Shown: positions 7,814 through 17,986, counted from the first letter of the stretch. The stretch: 35,862 bases of DNA from a virus (IMGVR_UViG_3300020045_003524:1-35862), one strand, 5' to 3'. Program-made: numbers and translations. The notes: generated by a model not told the origin, from the letters alone.

Positions 7814-8145
7814 TAATCTTCGTCCCTTCTTTTGTGATGCTCTGAATGCTTGGCTTCGAGCGTTGTTAATCTGCTATTTAATTCCATTGTTAATTTTGAC
7901 ACGTCAATCACTTGTTCTTTCAATTCAAGTATTTTAATTTCAGCATTGCTTGAATTTGTTTCTAGTTTTCCGATTTTTGAACCGTATGTACTTAATATTT
8001 CTTTCAAGTCAAATAGCGTTTCGTTTGTTGCCTTTAATAGCGATCTCATGCTGCTATAATCCGAAATCAATTTTGTGTAAGCGCCAACTATGGCTAATAT
8101 GCAGGTAAGCACTCCTGCGCCTGACGCTATATCTTTCCAATCCAT
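7813..8145 (-). CDS. Membrane-anchored coiled-coil lysis accessory (XhlA/holin-like)
   Basis: N-terminal TM helix plus coiled coil, directly upstream of the holin. Confidence 0.6.
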   Translation of the reverse strand: MDWKDIASGAGVLTCILAIVGAYTKLISDYSSMRSLLKATNETLFDLKEILSTYGSKIGKLETNSSNAEIKILELKEQVIDVSKLTMELNSRLTTLEAKHSEHHKRRDED

Positions 8146-8149
8146 ATTG

Positions 8150-8218
8150 TCACCCCTTGCTTGGTCTTGGTTTTGTAGGCTTTACTGGTTTTGGCGGTTT
8201 CTGCTTGCTTCTTTTCAT
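8150..8218 (-). CDS. Putative 22-aa Lys/Pro-rich peptide
   Basis: AGGAG SD, ATGA overlap with the upstream stop; MKRSKQKPPKPVKPTKPRPSKG*. Confidence 0.5.
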   Translation of the reverse strand: MKRSKQKPPKPVKPTKPRPSKG

Positions 8219-8469
8219 TTAATATCTCCTATTGTTTGGGTTTGGCTTACTGTTCCATAATCATAATCGGTAGAAAAATAAAGTCTTGTGCATTCTTGAA
8301 TTGTTTTTGAATTTTGTGTTTCTATCCAACATATTGTAATTGAAAAAGTCATCACTATTAATATTAAAAGGCATAATAGATATTTGGTGAATTTTTCTAT
8401 TCTCTTGTTGGTTTGTTCGCTTAATTTTACTAGTATTTCAAGTATGTTTTTTTCATCCTCTGATGTCAT
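8215..8469 (-). CDS. Single-TM membrane protein in the lysis cluster
   Basis: Hydrophobic segment YLLCLLILIVMTFSITICWI. Confidence 0.7.
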   Translation of the reverse strand: MTSEDEKNILEILVKLSEQTNKRIEKFTKYLLCLLILIVMTFSITICWIETQNSKTIQECTRLYFSTDYDYGTVSQTQTIGDIK

Positions 8470-8508
8470 TTGTTGTCCCCTTTCGTGATAAAATCCCCTG
8501 CTATAAGA

Positions 8509-8538
8509 ATTTTACCACGAATATATGGGAACTGTAAA
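8509..8538 (-). promoter_or_regulatory. Promoter for the lysis/membrane cluster
   Basis: TTTACA-18 bp-TAAAAT with an extended -10 TG. Confidence 0.55.
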
Positions 8539-8539
8539 A

Positions 8540-11500
8540 CTAATTTGATACATTTATGCCTTTGTTAATTAAAAACTGATTCTTGGCGTATTCAAATCCA
8601 TCAGAACTAAGGTTTGAAAGTACAGAAGACAATTCTTCGTTTGATAATTTATCAATTGCCGAACTTTTTAATATTTCAGATAATTGATTTTTAATATATT
8701 CTCCTGAATTTTTATTCCAATTAGAAATATCGTCCTGATTAAGAGAGTATTCTTTTTTGTCATATGTTGCCTTTTTAGGGGCAATTCTTGGAAATATATT
8801 TTTGTCTTGAGTTTTTTCATAAGAATTAATTATGAATTGTTCTTCTTTGGTTAGATTTTTGTCGCCTATTTGTCCAGGATTTACAAAAGCATTTATAAAT
8901 CTTTCCGTTGGAGTATCTCCGTATTTAACAGGCTGGCCCAATGTAGAATATTTAATAGGCAACATTTTGCTGAGACCAGGAATTTGATTTATAAGAGATT
9001 GAGTTGGATCATTGTAATCAATTTGTCTTTGATAAGGATCAGAAACTTGTCTAGCTTTTCTTAGCATTGATAAACCTGGTATGATTTGCGCTGGCGCTTC
9101 TTTGGCAAGTCCTGTTACATTTTCAAGAATAGAACCTTGTCCATATCCTCCGAATATCTTTTGAAGTCCAGTTAATAAAGGTTGTTCAAATATTGTGTTT
9201 GCGCTTTCAATTATGGATTTCATGCCATTGTTATAAATCTTTTCTTTCATTTCTGTTTCTGACAATCCTTTGTTATAAAGATTTGCGCCAATCGAAAACG
9301 GAATAGAAGCAGGCTGAAGCCAATCAAAAGAATATTGTTTGTCTCCAACATTAAAAGCATAGTCTGCAATTCCTGAAGATTTTTGAAACTCTTTCTGGTC
9401 TTTGTCTTCAGAATACGCTCCGCTTATGATTCCGGCTTGCGCTAATGCATAACCAAGGGCAATAAGTGCAGTTCCTGTAAGATTTCTTGCAGCACGTTCT
9501 GTAAATTGAGCTTGATCAAACATTCCGTTTTTTGAAAAATTATCATATAGCACGTTTTTGCCAATCGTTCTGCTTATTCCAAGTGGAGTATAGTCAAAAA
9601 TCTTATCTATTATGTTGGACGGAGTAAATGCAAATGGTAAAACTACCCTTCCTGGTATTCCGAAATGTCTTCTTGCTCCCATAACCGAATTTGCTATAGC
9701 GCTTTTGTTTTGAAATGTTCTTTCTTCAGCAATTCTAGTAGCTTCAGCAGTTGATAACTGTTTGTTGTTTTGAGGTAGCCTTGACAGTCTTGATTCTTCT
9801 AGCGATTTATGAAATTCGAAAAACGGCCTATCTCCTGCGCTTAAAAGAAACGAAGTCAATTCATTTGCTTGATTTAATGCTTTATTTACTTTTCTTTTAA
9901 TAATATTACCAGAAGTATCATTAAAAACTTTTGACACACCTATTTCAAATTGTCCATTATCTGTCCTAGTATTAATTCCTTTGGAATAATCATTCCAAGC
10001 ATACGCAAGACCTTTTTTTGCTCCTGATAATCCAGCTTTAAAATCTGAAGGTTTGTATAGATTTGATGTTTTTTCTTTCGTTATAAAACTAGTTAATGCG
10101 TCAATAGGAACTCTAGGAATCTCTTTTAATACTTCAAATCCACCTATTGCAGTATTGCCTGCTATGTTTCTGATTTGGGTAGTGGGATTTAATAACATTG
10201 ATATTCTTTGAAGTGTTGCGTATTTTTCGGTTAAAGAAGCCGGAACCTTATCATTAACAACCTTCATAGCTTGAGCAATTAAAACTTCTTTTTCTCTTTC
10301 GGTTTTTGCAAGTTTTGATTCTTCCATCTTAGAAATAATAAAAGCCTGTTCTTGCTTAGTAAGCCCTTCTATTCCATACTTTTGTTTTACAACATCAGCA
10401 ATTGCCTGATTATCAAATGCACCAAGATTTATAAGTTCAATTAATCTTTCGTTTCCACTTTTCTTAACATACGTTTTTTTCTCTTTTAACATTTGATCTA
10501 GTATTGATTTCTTTTTAGATGATTCAAGTTGATCAAACGCCTTAGATGTTGCGTCAATTATCTCGGAATAATATTTTGTGTTTGTATTTAGCATCATATC
10601 TGTTATTAACTTATATTTTGCTCCATACACGGATTCCGCTCCAAGTCTAACGAGCTTATTCAGGTCAATGTTGTTATCTTTTAAATATTGCCTTACAATA
10701 GGTTCTAACCTGGCATTGACTTTATCAACATAATTCTGATTAACAAATGCACCAAGATTTGCAATTTCGTGAACTTTTGTTTCTGCTGACTTTTGCAATA
10801 ATGGTTGTTTTGCTTCTGGAAAATAAACTTTTAAAATAGCTTCTCTTTTTGATTTTGTGAGTTCTTTTAGTTTGTTTTCTATTTGAGTTGATATTCTTTC
10901 GGCTTCAGCTCCTTCGACTCCAAGCTTTTGAATTATATCAGCTTTTATCGCTTCTCTTGATGGTCTTCCCATTTCAAACATATTCCTTACTACTTTGTCC
11001 ATTTGTAAATCAAGATCGCTGATTGATTCTTTAATCATGGTATTAAGTGTGATATTTCTTTTTAAAGGAATAGGTTTTGGACCTGAAGGCGTTTCTGGTT
11101 TTAATGTAATTGTTTTTTCTGAGTCAACAATGTCTTTTTTGTCTGTAGAAGGTTTTTTAATAGACTTACTAATTTCTTTTTTTGCATAGTCTATTATTTC
11201 TTTGGTTGTTTCTAAATCCGCTTTATTTAATGAATCTGATATTTTAGAAGTTTCTTTTTCTATTTTTTTGCCTAGGTTAGTTCCTTCCAATTGTTCATTG
11301 TTTATTTTATTAGCTTGAGAGTTGACAAATTGAAGCGCACCTTCAGGTGTCATTTTTTTAAGCATGGACATCGCTTGAACTTGTTGTCCTGAATTTGTTC
11401 CTAATTCTGCATATTTAACAGATAGCTTGTTATATAAATCAAGATTTCTTTCATTAACCGATTGCCTAATCAAATCTTGAAATATAGCAACATCAGTTGC

Positions 11501-13111
11501 GTTTCTAAATTTTGAAAGATTTAAAGATTCGTTTATTGCCGAATCCTTATCATTATTAATTATGTCTTGAGCTTCTTTTAATGTATCCTTATTTGTTATA
11601 GCGTCATAATCAAATAATCCAGCTTCAATATTTTTAGCTGTTTCTTCAGCCATTGGTTGAGTCAATGAGGAGCCGGTCAATGTTTGAGCTGTTTTTGATT
11701 GTTTTCTAATAGCGTTTAGCTTTTCAGTAAGGTTTTTAGCGAATAGCTGAAGATTTATTTTTAATAATGGATCTTTTTCTATAGCTATCTGGTTTTCTAT
11801 ATCAGCTATAGCTTTTGTTAAATCAGGTTCGGTATTTAAATTTTCTATTGAATAATTAGAAGCACTTTGTTGTTGTTTTGTAATTTCACTTACCGGAATA
11901 GAGTTTTTGGTTTCTAAAGGCCCAATAGGAGAACTTTCTTGCATAGGTTGAACGTTTGTATCAACTGAAGTTTTGACGTCGCTTAAAGTGCCTTCGTTGG
12001 GTTGAGAATCTAATTCTTGCATTATATTAACTCCAGTAGCTTTCTCAACGTCATTGTTAACTTGCGCCATGGTTTCTGGTGACGTGTCTTTGTTTTGAAT
12101 TGCTGTTATAGCAGAATTTACACCAGCCATTGAGCCGCCAAGCAATAATGCAGATGTTGCGCCAGTTGCGCCAGATTCTAAGATTTGTTGCAGGTTCATT
12201 CTAGCTGTTGGGTCAAATGTTACTTTGCGATTAATTGTGTCGGCTAGTTGCGAGGTTGATTCTCCAATAAATTCAGTTCCCATATTTGAAGCAATTTGCT
12301 TTATAACATTACCCGTTTTGCCTGTAATGATTTTTTGCAAACCTTTTAATGGCAAATATTCGGTTGCAATTTCTGTTCCAGCGGACAGCGCGCCATAGCC
12401 TAATTTCTGTGGATAGTTAGCGCCCGATTGTTCAGCAGTTGACACACCTTGACCAAAACTTGTAGCGCCTAATACTCCAAGTCCAGCTGTTCCGCCAGTT
12501 AATGCAGATGCAGCCATCGTTGGTGCAGATTGAAGAACGCCACTTAGGACACGTTCTGGCGTGTTTAGATTGGTTGGTATTTTTGATTGGATATATGATT
12601 GGTCCTGTTCAAGCTTAGATTGTGCGAATTTAGGAATGTTAAGTAATGTATTTTGAGAAACGTCAAGCTTTTGTCCGCTAAGTTTTTGATTAAGCAATGT
12701 AGGCGGAGCAAGTGCAATTTCGCCAGCAGTTAACAAAGCCTTGTTTAATCCCGTTGCCAGATTAGAAAGTCCAGCACCAACAGACGGAAGGATAACGCTG
12801 GGTCTTATTGCAGACAATGGAACATAGGGAGGTCTCGCTTGAGCCTGTGATGTTTTTGGGATTTCAATTGTAGGTTGTGTAATTTCAGGTTTGGCAAAGT
12901 CTGCCTGATACTCATTAAACGTCTTTAAAGGCGTTATAGTGGTTTCGAACGGTATGATGTTAGCTTTGTATGGTTGTGGCATAATAGATGGCTTAAAATC
13001 GGTTTTAAAAGGCGAGTTACCATAAGTAACCGCCTGTGAAAGTTGTTCTTTTTTGTAGTCTTCAAAGGAATAGCCTTTTTTCCCTTTTTTGTAATCTTCA
13101 AATGATACCAT
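8540..13111 (-). CDS. Large internal virion/DNA-ejection protein (1523 aa)
   Basis: Size and position after the tail genes; Gly/Ala-rich membrane-like region; helical C-terminal half (MLLNPTTQIRNIAGN, LPFAFTPSNI, YSFDWLQPAS) typical of podophage ejection proteins. Confidence 0.7.
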   Translation of the reverse strand: MVSFEDYKKGKKGYSFEDYKKEQLSQAVTYGNSPFKTDFKPSIMPQPYKANIIPFETTITPLKTFNEYQADFAKPEITQPTIEIPKTSQAQARPPYVPLSAIRPSVILPSVGAGLSNLATGLNKALLTAGEIALAPPTLLNQKLSGQKLDVSQNTLLNIPKFAQSKLEQDQSYIQSKIPTNLNTPERVLSGVLQSAPTMAASALTGGTAGLGVLGATSFGQGVSTAEQSGANYPQKLGYGALSAGTEIATEYLPLKGLQKIITGKTGNVIKQIASNMGTEFIGESTSQLADTINRKVTFDPTARMNLQQILESGATGATSALLLGGSMAGVNSAITAIQNKDTSPETMAQVNNDVEKATGVNIMQELDSQPNEGTLSDVKTSVDTNVQPMQESSPIGPLETKNSIPVSEITKQQQSASNYSIENLNTEPDLTKAIADIENQIAIEKDPLLKINLQLFAKNLTEKLNAIRKQSKTAQTLTGSSLTQPMAEETAKNIEAGLFDYDAITNKDTLKEAQDIINNDKDSAINESLNLSKFRNATDVAIFQDLIRQSVNERNLDLYNKLSVKYAELGTNSGQQVQAMSMLKKMTPEGALQFVNSQANKINNEQLEGTNLGKKIEKETSKISDSLNKADLETTKEIIDYAKKEISKSIKKPSTDKKDIVDSEKTITLKPETPSGPKPIPLKRNITLNTMIKESISDLDLQMDKVVRNMFEMGRPSREAIKADIIQKLGVEGAEAERISTQIENKLKELTKSKREAILKVYFPEAKQPLLQKSAETKVHEIANLGAFVNQNYVDKVNARLEPIVRQYLKDNNIDLNKLVRLGAESVYGAKYKLITDMMLNTNTKYYSEIIDATSKAFDQLESSKKKSILDQMLKEKKTYVKKSGNERLIELINLGAFDNQAIADVVKQKYGIEGLTKQEQAFIISKMEESKLAKTEREKEVLIAQAMKVVNDKVPASLTEKYATLQRISMLLNPTTQIRNIAGNTAIGGFEVLKEIPRVPIDALTSFITKEKTSNLYKPSDFKAGLSGAKKGLAYAWNDYSKGINTRTDNGQFEIGVSKVFNDTSGNIIKRKVNKALNQANELTSFLLSAGDRPFFEFHKSLEESRLSRLPQNNKQLSTAEATRIAEERTFQNKSAIANSVMGARRHFGIPGRVVLPFAFTPSNIIDKIFDYTPLGISRTIGKNVLYDNFSKNGMFDQAQFTERAARNLTGTALIALGYALAQAGIISGAYSEDKDQKEFQKSSGIADYAFNVGDKQYSFDWLQPASIPFSIGANLYNKGLSETEMKEKIYNNGMKSIIESANTIFEQPLLTGLQKIFGGYGQGSILENVTGLAKEAPAQIIPGLSMLRKARQVSDPYQRQIDYNDPTQSLINQIPGLSKMLPIKYSTLGQPVKYGDTPTERFINAFVNPGQIGDKNLTKEEQFIINSYEKTQDKNIFPRIAPKKATYDKKEYSLNQDDISNWNKNSGEYIKNQLSEILKSSAIDKLSNEELSSVLSNLSSDGFEYAKNQFLINKGINVSN

Positions 13112-13122
13112 TTCGTACCCCC

Positions 13123-14403
13123 TTATTTGGATGAGTTAAAGGCATCCACTAAAGCTTTATAGCCAGCTTGTCCATAATCATTTACAAGTTGGGCTTCTTT
13201 GTCAGTTAACATCTTTTTATATAAAGTTCTTTCAGCTTCGTTTGTGCTTTTTGCGGAGTTGACAAGAGCCGAATAAGACGGATCATTTAATAATGCAGGA
13301 TTGAATTCCTTAGTAGTCTGTTGTCCTATTTGTGTATTTTCTGCTTGAAGTCCAGAAAGTTGAGCCGATTTTATTTGGTTGTCTAAACTTGTAGGGTCTT
13401 GGTCCGCGTTAAACTTTGCCCATGCAAGAGCGTTATTTCCTTGAGATACGCTTAATTGGCCTCTGCTTAATGCGTTTTGAATAGCCGCCTGAGCTTCTGC
13501 AAATGTTTGTTGGCGCAAATCTAAAGCATTAGATGCGATCCATTGTTTAGTATTAAAATCCATATTGGCGTTAAATTGTCTTACGCCCTCATCAAATGAT
13601 TTTTGTTGTTGTTGCTGTTGAAGATTAAACTGTCTAACACTTTCATTATACGCGGCTTGTTGGTTAGCTTGATTAATTGCAGATTCCTTGGCCGATTGCG
13701 TTTGTTGTCCACCATACATTCCAGTTATTCCAGCTTCTTGTAGCGCTGTCGTTCTATTAGTATTTGCTTGGTTGATTAAATTTTGAATATTAGCTATGTC
13801 TGCGGATGCGTTAGAACTTTGTAGTCCTGTTTGATATGCTGATTCTGCCAATGATTGTCTTCTTGCAACATCTGCCAATGCGTTTGATTCTGCTGTGTTG
13901 GACGATGCTAAATTAGATTGCAAATTACCCATTCCAATTTGTTGCATTTGAGCGGACGCACCAGCGCCTTCAAGTTTTGATTTTGCCATTAACTCTGCTA
14001 AACGTTTGGCTTGTGCGGATGCTTCGGATGCTATTTCATTTCTATTTGCTTGATACGTTGGTGCAATTGTGGATTTTTCGGCATTTAACGATTGCAATGC
14101 GGATTCTTTTACTGCTCCAAGTTCTGCCATGGCTTTTTGTTTTTGAGCCGCTGCAAGGTCTGCGATTCTTTGTTCAGATGTGGCTTGTTGTGATGCTTGC
14201 GCTTGTTGTGCGTTTCTTGCCGCTATAACGCTTTCTAAGTCGGCAGAAGATGCGGTGTCACTGGTTATTCCATATTGATTCCTGAGCGCTGTATTGGCGG
14301 TTGAAGCTGTTTTTTTGTCTTGTTCCGTTCCTGTTGTGTATAGTTTTTTATTAGCGAGTAGCTTTTCAAGTTCAGACGTTTGAAGATCGTATATAGATGC
14401 CAT
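13123..14403 (-). CDS. Gln/Ala-rich coiled-coil internal virion (pilot-like) protein
   Basis: A/Q-rich helical sequence with repeated xxVRQFN; directly precedes the large ejection protein. Confidence 0.65.
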   Translation of the reverse strand: MASIYDLQTSELEKLLANKKLYTTGTEQDKKTASTANTALRNQYGITSDTASSADLESVIAARNAQQAQASQQATSEQRIADLAAAQKQKAMAELGAVKESALQSLNAEKSTIAPTYQANRNEIASEASAQAKRLAELMAKSKLEGAGASAQMQQIGMGNLQSNLASSNTAESNALADVARRQSLAESAYQTGLQSSNASADIANIQNLINQANTNRTTALQEAGITGMYGGQQTQSAKESAINQANQQAAYNESVRQFNLQQQQQQKSFDEGVRQFNANMDFNTKQWIASNALDLRQQTFAEAQAAIQNALSRGQLSVSQGNNALAWAKFNADQDPTSLDNQIKSAQLSGLQAENTQIGQQTTKEFNPALLNDPSYSALVNSAKSTNEAERTLYKKMLTDKEAQLVNDYGQAGYKALVDAFNSSK

Positions 14404-14418
14404 GGTATCTCCTTTTAT

Positions 14419-14443
14419 AAAAGCCCACTGTTTCCAATGGGCT
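14419..14443 (-). terminator. Intrinsic terminator/attenuator hairpin
   Basis: AGCCCATTG-GAAA-CAGTGGGCT followed by TTT. Confidence 0.65.
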
Positions 14444-14498
14444 AAAGTTTATTTAAGCAACAATTTTAGATATTATGGTGTTTATAACAATTCGCATA

Positions 14499-15098
14499 TT
14501 AATAAACCTCTATTTGACCTGTGATTTTAGAAAAAAGCGTATATGTATAAGAATTATTGTCGGAATATGCTATGTTTATTTTATCAACAAAATATATTCC
14601 AGTGTCAAAAAAGGAATCAGAAATTACAGATTCTGTATATTTACTCCAAAAACTACTTCCGTCAGTGACTATTATATAAATTCTTATTTTTGTTTTAGAA
14701 ACCCTCATGCATTGCACAAAAACAATTGAACAGCTTGTGCTTTGTAAAAGAAAACCATCAAAAACCGATACATATTCACCTGTTGATATAGATTTTATAT
14801 ATAGGCCACTATTTCCGCTATTAAAAGATAAATTATAAAAAGCGGACGTGCTGACACTAGGAATAGAGTTATTACTAAGTCTTAAAATGAATCCATTTTT
14901 CATAGATGTTGTAGAAATCGTTCCTCTTATAGCTTCTACAATTGATGCTGTTTTCCATAATCCGCCTCCAGAAGAAACGCTTGTAACGGATTGCAGTAAA
15001 GAACCACTGTCAACATTTATAGACGACAAATAGAAGGAAAAATCTTCAAAATTTTTATTATCCAATCTGAAATCATCAATGCTTTTTATTCCATTCAT
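14499..15098 (-). CDS. Ser-rich beta-strand protein, putative tail/receptor-binding accessory
   Basis: Coupled to the upstream tail genes; visibly AT-rich. Confidence 0.55.
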   Translation of the reverse strand: MNGIKSIDDFRLDNKNFEDFSFYLSSINVDSGSLLQSVTSVSSGGGLWKTASIVEAIRGTISTTSMKNGFILRLSNNSIPSVSTSAFYNLSFNSGNSGLYIKSISTGEYVSVFDGFLLQSTSCSIVFVQCMRVSKTKIRIYIIVTDGSSFWSKYTESVISDSFFDTGIYFVDKINIAYSDNNSYTYTLFSKITGQIEVY

Positions 15099-15406
15099 TA
15101 ACTCACCTCATAGCCATTGATTATGACATCTATAGCCGAACCAGTTCCAGCCAATCCGCTAACAATGTCGCCAGCTTCTAAGACGCTTTTAAGTCCTTCA
15201 ATTACAAATGTGTCATTTTTTGTAACTACTTTTCCAGTTAAAAATGATGTGCTATCAAATAAAATTGTTGCCGTTGCGTCTGTTCCTGTTTTATTTGAAA
15301 TACTCATTCCTGTTATAACTGTAGTTTTTCCAGAAGCGGCAGTTAATAAAGTTGTTGCGCCAGTTCCCAATGTTCCGTTGTAGAGTTTTTTAATCGTTAC
15401 AGCCAT
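15098..15406 (-). CDS. Small virion structural protein
   Basis: Thr/Gly-rich beta protein (VLEAGDIVSGLAGTGSAIDVIINGYE) in the tail cluster. Confidence 0.6.
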   Translation of the reverse strand: MAVTIKKLYNGTLGTGATTLLTAASGKTTVITGMSISNKTGTDATATILFDSTSFLTGKVVTKNDTFVIEGLKSVLEAGDIVSGLAGTGSAIDVIINGYEVS

Positions 15407-15793
15407 TTACATACCTCCCATGATCATGATTAATTCTAATTCATTTACTTTAGTTGTTACTAGGTTTGTATTTTCATCAACCTCATTTATTGCTCCTGTT
15501 ACATTTGTTTTAGCCGTAGTCGTCAAACCTGCAAGGCTTCCAATTTTTACATCTGTAGCCATGGAACCATCTGTAATCGAACCTGGAGAAATTCCGCTAA
15601 TTACAGCCGCCGCAAGTTCTGCCTTTGTTGCCATTGTGGTATCAATTTCAACCGTTAGTGTTTCGTTTAGATACTCTTTTAACAGCGTAGCGGCTTCATC
15701 AAACAAGGCTTGTGTTATTGTGTAATCTTGAGAAAAACTAGCTGGTTGCGATTGGTGTATTTCCACATCTGCGGTCATTTTACCTAATGCCAT
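15407..15793 (-). CDS. Putative short tail fibre/collar protein
   Basis: IGSLAGLTTTAKTNVTGAINEV fibre-type motif. Confidence 0.6.
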   Translation of the reverse strand: MALGKMTADVEIHQSQPASFSQDYTITQALFDEAATLLKEYLNETLTVEIDTTMATKAELAAAVISGISPGSITDGSMATDVKIGSLAGLTTTAKTNVTGAINEVDENTNLVTTKVNELELIMIMGGM

Positions 15794-15801
15794 TATATCA
15801 C

Positions 15802-17559
15802 CTATTTAACCTTTCCGCCAATAGTGGCTGTCAAATCCATACCAAGAACAGTTGCCCTATAATTTAACTTATTGTTTCGTAAAATAATTTTAATGTAGGA
15901 GAATTTCTTGGCCTTTGTTCTAACCATTTTTGGCTTTGGAGATGAAGTTGTAACATAGGACCAATTAGCATAATCTATATTTGAATAATCAAATAAATTG
16001 TAACCGATTGGTTGCGACGCTTCTTTTACTTCTCCATCGTCTATTTGCCAGTATACATTTAAGTTGCTCTTGGTGTCTGTCTGCATCGGCACAAACGTTT
16101 CGCTCGTAAACTTCCTAAGATATGGAACGTCAAAATCATAATATCCCATTTCCCATAATGCATCAATTGCAACTCCGTTAAAGTTTCTTAAACTATCTTT
16201 AAAACGCATTATTTTGCCATTTGAGGTACCAAAATACATTTGGTCATCTATTACTATCAGTGAAGAAATGGTGTCATTTAAAAGCATTTTGTACCACGTA
16301 TCATTTTGATAATTGTAGACTATTACCAATTTTCCACTTGAAATCCACATCTCTTTTTTAAATTCCCAATGAGCAGTTATAATACTTGTTAAATCTATTG
16401 AATCAATTGAGTTTTGGACTCTTTTACTTATGTACTTTGTTGCTCTTTGAGTTTCAACAGAGGTTACTAACCATTGATGAACTCCGTTTTGAAAAGAAAA
16501 AACACTATCAGCTATAGTTAGCGATTGGCCAAGCGCTACATTTCCAACGGTATCGCTAAGTTCTGATACAGGAAAAGTTACAATGTCATTTACCATAGAA
16601 TAGTACGAATAAAAGCTTTTGCCTTTGTCTGTTAAAATAACTTGATAGTTTTCATTGTGACTCATAATATCAGTGATCAATAATTCATTATCTCCGCATT
16701 CCGAAAACGCCAATGCAGGGAAATATTCCGCACTCATTACAGGGCTGATGTCCTCTAGCCCTGAGTAGTATCTTCTGTTTGTATTTGAACCAGCGAACAT
16801 ATGAACTCTTGTTCCAAACTTCGTCGAGCGTTTACATGATGTTATTTCGGACCTAGCGCTTGAGTTTGCTTTTTCCCATTTTATTTTAACATTGTCGGTT
16901 CCAGCAATTGGCGCTCCGTGCGGAGTTGTTCCTGCCGCAAAATTTACAGTTCCCAAGGTTCTGTTTACAGTAAAATGCGTTCCTTCTGTTTTTGATACTC
17001 CATTAATAGTAATGGTCAATAAAGTTGCATCTATTCCTGTTTCCCTTAAATAATAAGTCGTAGATGTTCCGTCTGCCGAAAACCATTGCCATTTTTGGCC
17101 GGTTAGAAGGTTTATTTGCTCGTAGTTTGTGCCACCTCCAGCAGGAAGCGTTTCTTTTGCTATTACAGGAGCATAACCAACCACATCTCCGAATGTTGTT
17201 CCGTCATACTTTTGATACTTTGTGCCATCTTGTATATATAATATTCCGTTAAGCCCAAACATGTACGCGCTATTGCCTGTTATAGTGCCTATTTGAACTG
17301 TTGTTGAAGTTTTCTTGAATACTTTGCCATTACAAACAAAAACATGCATTAAAACATCGTTTACGTATCCGTGCCATTGAGATACAACAGGGTACGCTTC
17401 AGATGATAAATATTGTTCATACCCTTCAATTTGCTTTAGTTTGTAATTGTCAGTTACTCTAAAGTTAACCATATCATTAGCTTCACCAAATTTAATTTGG
17501 GTATCTCCGTCTATGGTTTCGTTTAGGCCTAAAAACTTGACAAGTGGTTTAATTTGCAT
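15802..17559 (-). CDS. Tail nozzle/DNA-stabilisation protein (P22 gp10 / T7 gp12-like)
   Basis: About 585 aa, beta-rich, FLGLN N-terminus, follows the adaptor gene; GGAGG SD favours the ATG at 17559. Confidence 0.65.
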   Translation of the reverse strand: MQIKPLVKFLGLNETIDGDTQIKFGEANDMVNFRVTDNYKLKQIEGYEQYLSSEAYPVVSQWHGYVNDVLMHVFVCNGKVFKKTSTTVQIGTITGNSAYMFGLNGILYIQDGTKYQKYDGTTFGDVVGYAPVIAKETLPAGGGTNYEQINLLTGQKWQWFSADGTSTTYYLRETGIDATLLTITINGVSKTEGTHFTVNRTLGTVNFAAGTTPHGAPIAGTDNVKIKWEKANSSARSEITSCKRSTKFGTRVHMFAGSNTNRRYYSGLEDISPVMSAEYFPALAFSECGDNELLITDIMSHNENYQVILTDKGKSFYSYYSMVNDIVTFPVSELSDTVGNVALGQSLTIADSVFSFQNGVHQWLVTSVETQRATKYISKRVQNSIDSIDLTSIITAHWEFKKEMWISSGKLVIVYNYQNDTWYKMLLNDTISSLIVIDDQMYFGTSNGKIMRFKDSLRNFNGVAIDALWEMGYYDFDVPYLRKFTSETFVPMQTDTKSNLNVYWQIDDGEVKEASQPIGYNLFDYSNIDYANWSYVTTSSPKPKMVRTKAKKFSYIKIILRNNKLNYRATVLGMDLTATIGGKVK

Positions 17560-17560
17560 T

Positions 17561-17941
17561 TTATTCCTCCGTTCCAAACATTACGTCTGTTATGGTTGTT
17601 TCTACCGCCTTTGTTCTTGCAAATGCATAGCGCCTAAGCAGATCGACCATGTTTGAAAAATACAAATATAGTTTTTCGTTTTCTTCTTTAAATAATTCAA
17701 GGCCAAGAATATAAGGTAATAAACCTAATGATATTTTATCGGTGGTTTGCAAGTTGTCACTCATTGAAGTTAACGGAATAACATCTATCTCGTTAATTAG
17801 CGGCAATTGAACAACTGTTAATATTGATGGAGTTCTGAATTTATACGTTTCTGTATCTGATGTGTTAATTTGATTTATACCTTGGCTCATTTCATCAGCT
17901 AAAGCCATGGTTTTATCAAATACTTGTTGAACTGTTGTCAT
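17561..17941 (-). CDS. Head-tail adaptor-like protein
   Basis: Helical 126-aa protein upstream of the nozzle gene; strong SD. Confidence 0.55.
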   Translation of the reverse strand: MTTVQQVFDKTMALADEMSQGINQINTSDTETYKFRTPSILTVVQLPLINEIDVIPLTSMSDNLQTTDKISLGLLPYILGLELFKEENEKLYLYFSNMVDLLRRYAFARTKAVETTITDVMFGTEE

Positions 17942-17986
17942 ATTCCTCCTTTTGTGGGTTATGCTCTGACCACAACAGAGTAATTA

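Noticed and set aside
8540-13111. Tape-measure protein or virion RNA polymerase
   Set aside because: No tail tube or chaperone genes accompany it and no polymerase catalytic motif was recognised; an ejection protein fits better.
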